A DNA stretch of 64,000 bases, from contig CATNEN010000001.1 of NCBI GenBank assembly GCA_950097015.1, positions 6,386,001-6,450,000 on the forward strand. Direction: 5' to 3'. A program made the position numbers and the translations under genes. Of the stretch, positions 60,589 to 64,000 are shown piece after piece (positions within the stretch are counted from its first letter, which is position 1; each line of letters starts with the position of its first letter). Under the pieces are notes generated by a model that saw nothing but the letters and a program-made list of their open reading frames with translations, ran no database searches and had not been told where the DNA came from. Origin of the DNA: Macrostomum hystrix (taxonomy: Eukaryota > Animalia > Platyhelminthes).

Positions 60589-63500
60589 CTAGAACACATC
60601 GTCTGCATGGTTCAAACTGATCCTCATCTTCTGCTCCAGAATTGATTCGTGCTCGAGTTCCCGGATGCGTAGGGGGTCCACGCTCTCGTGCTGGCTCATC
60701 AGCTCCCTGTGGTGAGAATGATGATGGAGAATTAGCTTTGGGATTGGATAATGTGGATTTTGATATGGGGATTGGATTATGGGGATTTTGATGTGGGGAT
60801 TGGATTATGGGGATTTTGATGTGGGGATTGGATTATGGGGATTTTGATGTGGGGATTGGATTATGGGGATTTTGATGTGGGGATTTTGATATGGGGATTG
60901 GATTATGGGGATTTTGATGTGGGGATTGGATTATGGGGATTTTGATGTGGGGATTGGATTACGGGGATTTTGATGTGGGGATTGGAATATGGGAATTTTG
61001 TTGTGGGGATTGGATTACGGGGATTTTGATGTGGGGATTGGATTATGGGGATTTTGATGTGGGGATTGGATTATGGGGATTTTGTTGTGGGGATTTGATT
61101 ATGCGGCCTTTAGTGTAGGGATCGGATTATGACGTTTTAGAGTAGGTATTCGATTATGAGGATCATTGTGCTGACTGCATTGTCGGATTTTTGTATGGAT
61201 ATCGGATGGGATTTGAATTTTGACTGTGATGTGAGGAGCGGATTCGACTCTGTTACATGGGGGTTTTATAGGATGTATAGGTTTGAGGTGTTTTTTAATC
61301 GACAGTTGTAGTTAAGAAGGTGACTGAGGAGCAGTTATTGGCTTCAAGGGAATGCTTGAGTCTCTTGAGTCCAAGCTACTCACTGATCTTCGAAAATGAA
61401 CGGACTCTTTGGCCGCTGAACAGTCGCAGCTGCCCCGTTCGCTGACTGTCCATTGTCATACACGTAGGCCGCGTTGACCGCGCCGGCGCCGTTACTGCCC
61501 AGAGCTGGGGAGGGCAGCTCTGAGTAAGCTGGGTCGCGACTGTTCGAGGCGCTGTTTAAACTTTTCGTTGCTTGCTGATCCTCACGAGGCTGGTAGAATT
61601 TCACTGGCAGTCGAAGGGTGTCCTTTGCTCGCTGTTGTGCAGTTTTGAGAATAGAAAGGGGTTAGAGCTACTTAATTTGTGACAGCTTAAAAACGCGTTT
61701 GCCTCTCGCACCAATGTTCCTAAGCTCGATTCCGCGGCGAGGCCACATTCATTTGGGGCGCAGCCGCGGAGAGAAGGCTTTGTGGGGTTGTCTTGCAATT
61801 TACGCCCCTTGAGGGCCAACCTCCAAGGCACAAGGCACGGCCTGACGACAAGGAAGTCAGTACAGATGTACACACCCTGTGTGCGTGTGTGCTCAGGAGT
61901 CAGCGAAATGGGCAAAATAGCCATCTCGCTGGCTGCGGGTCTAGTGTCACTAAATGATGTGCCAAAGACAGTTAAATTTTATTTGTTGAAGCTTTGATGA
62001 AGTAGATCACATGCAGTTTTGTAGCTTTTTATTACTTCAAACAAAAACTGAAAACTCTACAGGTTTAGCGATCTTTCACTCACCTTGTGCTGCAAGTATT
62101 TGACGAGAACAATGAGGGCAATCAGTAGCAGGACAGGCAGAACGCACAGAAGAACAATGCCGTACACTGGGAATGCCTGGCTTATAGCCGATGGTATCGT
62201 TGAACCAACAACTGGACCAGCCGTGGTGCTGCCGCTTCCGTCGGATCCAGCGCCGACAAAGAGCAGGTCGAGGTTGCTGCCGTAGCCAGGCATGAGGGCT
62301 CGCAGCAGCTCCTGAATTCTGGCTTCGCTGGCTCCCGGTGTCACAACAAGTTCGCCTCGCAGGCCAGTTAAACCGTCCGTGGTGCGATTTTCGAATCGAA
62401 TTGATCGAAAGTCGCCAATTAGGGAGGCCAACTCGGTGGAGCTGCGCACCGTGCCGGTCAGGAGATAGTACGACTGGCTAGCCAGTAGCTGGGCTGCTGT
62501 TCCATTCGGCGCCAAGCCCAGCTCTGCACTGAACATCAGCTTCGGCATGCGCCAGGTGATGAAGACCTGTCGAGTGGCTGGCAGAACCGGATCCTGACCG
62601 ACAGGACACACGCAGCCGGCTGAACTGGCCTGTCTGCGTCTCCGCCTGACACTGGGACAACTGTACGACGGAAACGATCCAGAAATACTGATGGCCAATT
62701 TGTAGCTGGTCGCTGCCGAGTCTGTACTCGCGGTTGGGTTGATCACAATGTAGCGAATGCTGATGGGGTAAGTGTTGATATCGGCACCGTCAACGCACAC
62801 CTTTGTGCCCACGGCGGTTTTCGGATAGAAAATCTTGTAGAACGCGTTGTTTTCTATCTTTTCCCTCACGTCAGCCGTCACTTGAAGTATATTGCAGCCC
62901 GAGCAGGTGTTCGAGACGCAAAGCTAAAGAACGCATATTAAAAAGTACCAGGTAATTAAATCTTCAAGGAGTTTATCAGGTCTATGATGGAAATTTTAAT
63001 CACTTGTATTAGTCTCACCCCTGTAATCTGCGGATAGCCGCGACAGATTGCTCCACTGGGACCAATTCGAGTGTCAATAACAATTTGAGTTAAGGTTCCC
63101 ACTGGTACTGTGAACACGGACGTACTTGCGTCGAATGTGTAGCCGGCCGTACTTAATTTGAAAGCATCCATGGTGAATACCTTTGACAGTGAGTCATCTG
63201 AGATGTTTACGAAAGCTAAAATTCAAACATCACAATTACGATAGAGTTACATTCCATCTTTTCAAAAATGAATTTTCTCATTAAAAATTTAGTACAAGTC
63301 AACCTGGTTGTGAAGTTGGTGCAACAGTATAAAAAGACGATGTTGATACCACCGTTGTTGGAGCAGCTGTCGTTGTTCGCAAAATCGTCGTTGTTGGTAC
63401 CACCGTTGTTGGAGCAGCGGTCGTTGTTGGTACCACCGTCGTTGGAGCAGCGGTTGTTGTTGTTACGACCGTTGTTGGAGCAGCGGTCGTTGTTGTTACA

Positions 63501-64000
63501 ATCGTCGTTGTTGGTACCACCGTCGTTGGAGCAGCGGTTGTTGTTGGTACAACCGTTGTTGGAGCAGCGGTTGTTGTTGGTAAAATCGCCGTTGTTGGTA
63601 CCACCGTCGTTGGAGCAGCGGTTGTTGTTGGTAAAATCGCCGTTGTTGGTACCACCGTCGTTGGAGCAGCGGTTGTTGTTGTTACGACCGTTGTTGGAGC
63701 AGCGGTCGTTGTTGGTTCGACCGTTGTTGGAGCAGCGGTTGTTGTTGGTAAAATCGCCGTTGTTGGTACTACCGTCGTTGGAGCAGCGGTTGTTGTTGTT
63801 ACGACCGTTGTCGGAGCAGCGGTTGTTGTTGGTAAAATCGCCGTTGTTGGTACCACCGTCGTTGGAGCAGCGGTTGTTGTTGTTACGACCGTTGTCGGAG
63901 CAGCGGTTGTTGTTGGTAAAATCGCCGTTGTTGGTACCACCGTCGTTGGAGCAGCGGTTGTTGTTGTTACGACCGTTGTCGGAGCAGCGGTTGTTGTTGG
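60589..64000 (-). CDS. Mucin-like single-pass membrane protein, 5' part outside the window. Exons on minus strand: (64000)-63304, 63215-63019, 62923-62084, 61631-61384, 60706-60589
   Basis: Thr/Pro/Ala/Val tandem repeats (PTTTAAPTTVV), then a Cys-containing ectodomain with RRRRR, TM segment VYGIVLLCVLPVLLLIALIVLV, and a cytoplasmic tail ending SLNHADDVF*. GT-AG sites are in consistent phase. An alternative in-phase donor exists at 63004. Confidence 0.8.
60735..61110. repeat. Minisatellite, 28-bp unit GGGGATTGGATTATGGGGATTTTGATGT
   Basis: Tandem units in the last intron of the mucin-like gene; each unit is two related 14-mers. Confidence 0.95.
61690..61965 (+). mobile_element. SINE family A copy in a mucin-gene intron
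   Basis: aacgcgtttgcctctcgcaccaatgttcctaagctcgattccgcggcgaggccacattcatttggggcgcagccgcgg...gtgtgctcaggagtcagcgaaatgggc...gtcactaaatgatgtgcca. Confidence 0.78.

Noticed and set aside
3190-61110. Arrays as CRISPR-like loci
   Set aside because: Units are head-to-tail with no unique spacers, no cas genes are present, and the context is eukaryotic.

Overview
Eukaryotic (animal) genomic DNA with spliced genes and standard GT-AG introns. The gene set, the 76-98 nt minimal introns and the extreme minisatellite load suggest an invertebrate such as the flatworm Macrostomum; that identification is inference only. Five genes were assembled by hand with consistent splice phases: (1) the last two exons of a type IV diacylglycerol kinase (zeta/iota-like; ankyrin repeats plus a terminal ETEV PDZ motif); (2) a complete 11-exon plexin of about 2136 aa; (3) an LRRC74-like LRR plus EF-hand protein of about 599 aa; (4) isobutyryl-CoA dehydrogenase ACAD8, about 419 aa; (5) the 3' part of a mucin-like single-pass membrane protein on the minus strand. 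Roughly 30 kb (close to half the window) is tandem repeat: 15 different minisatellites with 13-46 bp units, including a 16-kb array of about 800 20-mers in perfect register. Mobile elements are an internally deleted Tc1 (DD34E) element, a hAT-type MITE with an 8-bp TSD, a tRNA-headed SINE family (7 copies or fragments) and a CORE-type (MIR-like) SINE. Most long ORFs in the supplied track are artefacts of the repeats. I found no clear new protein-coding system. The most unusual signal is the repeat architecture: private minisatellites in most long introns, shared core motifs, apparent local seeding, and a templated duplication of a splice acceptor.
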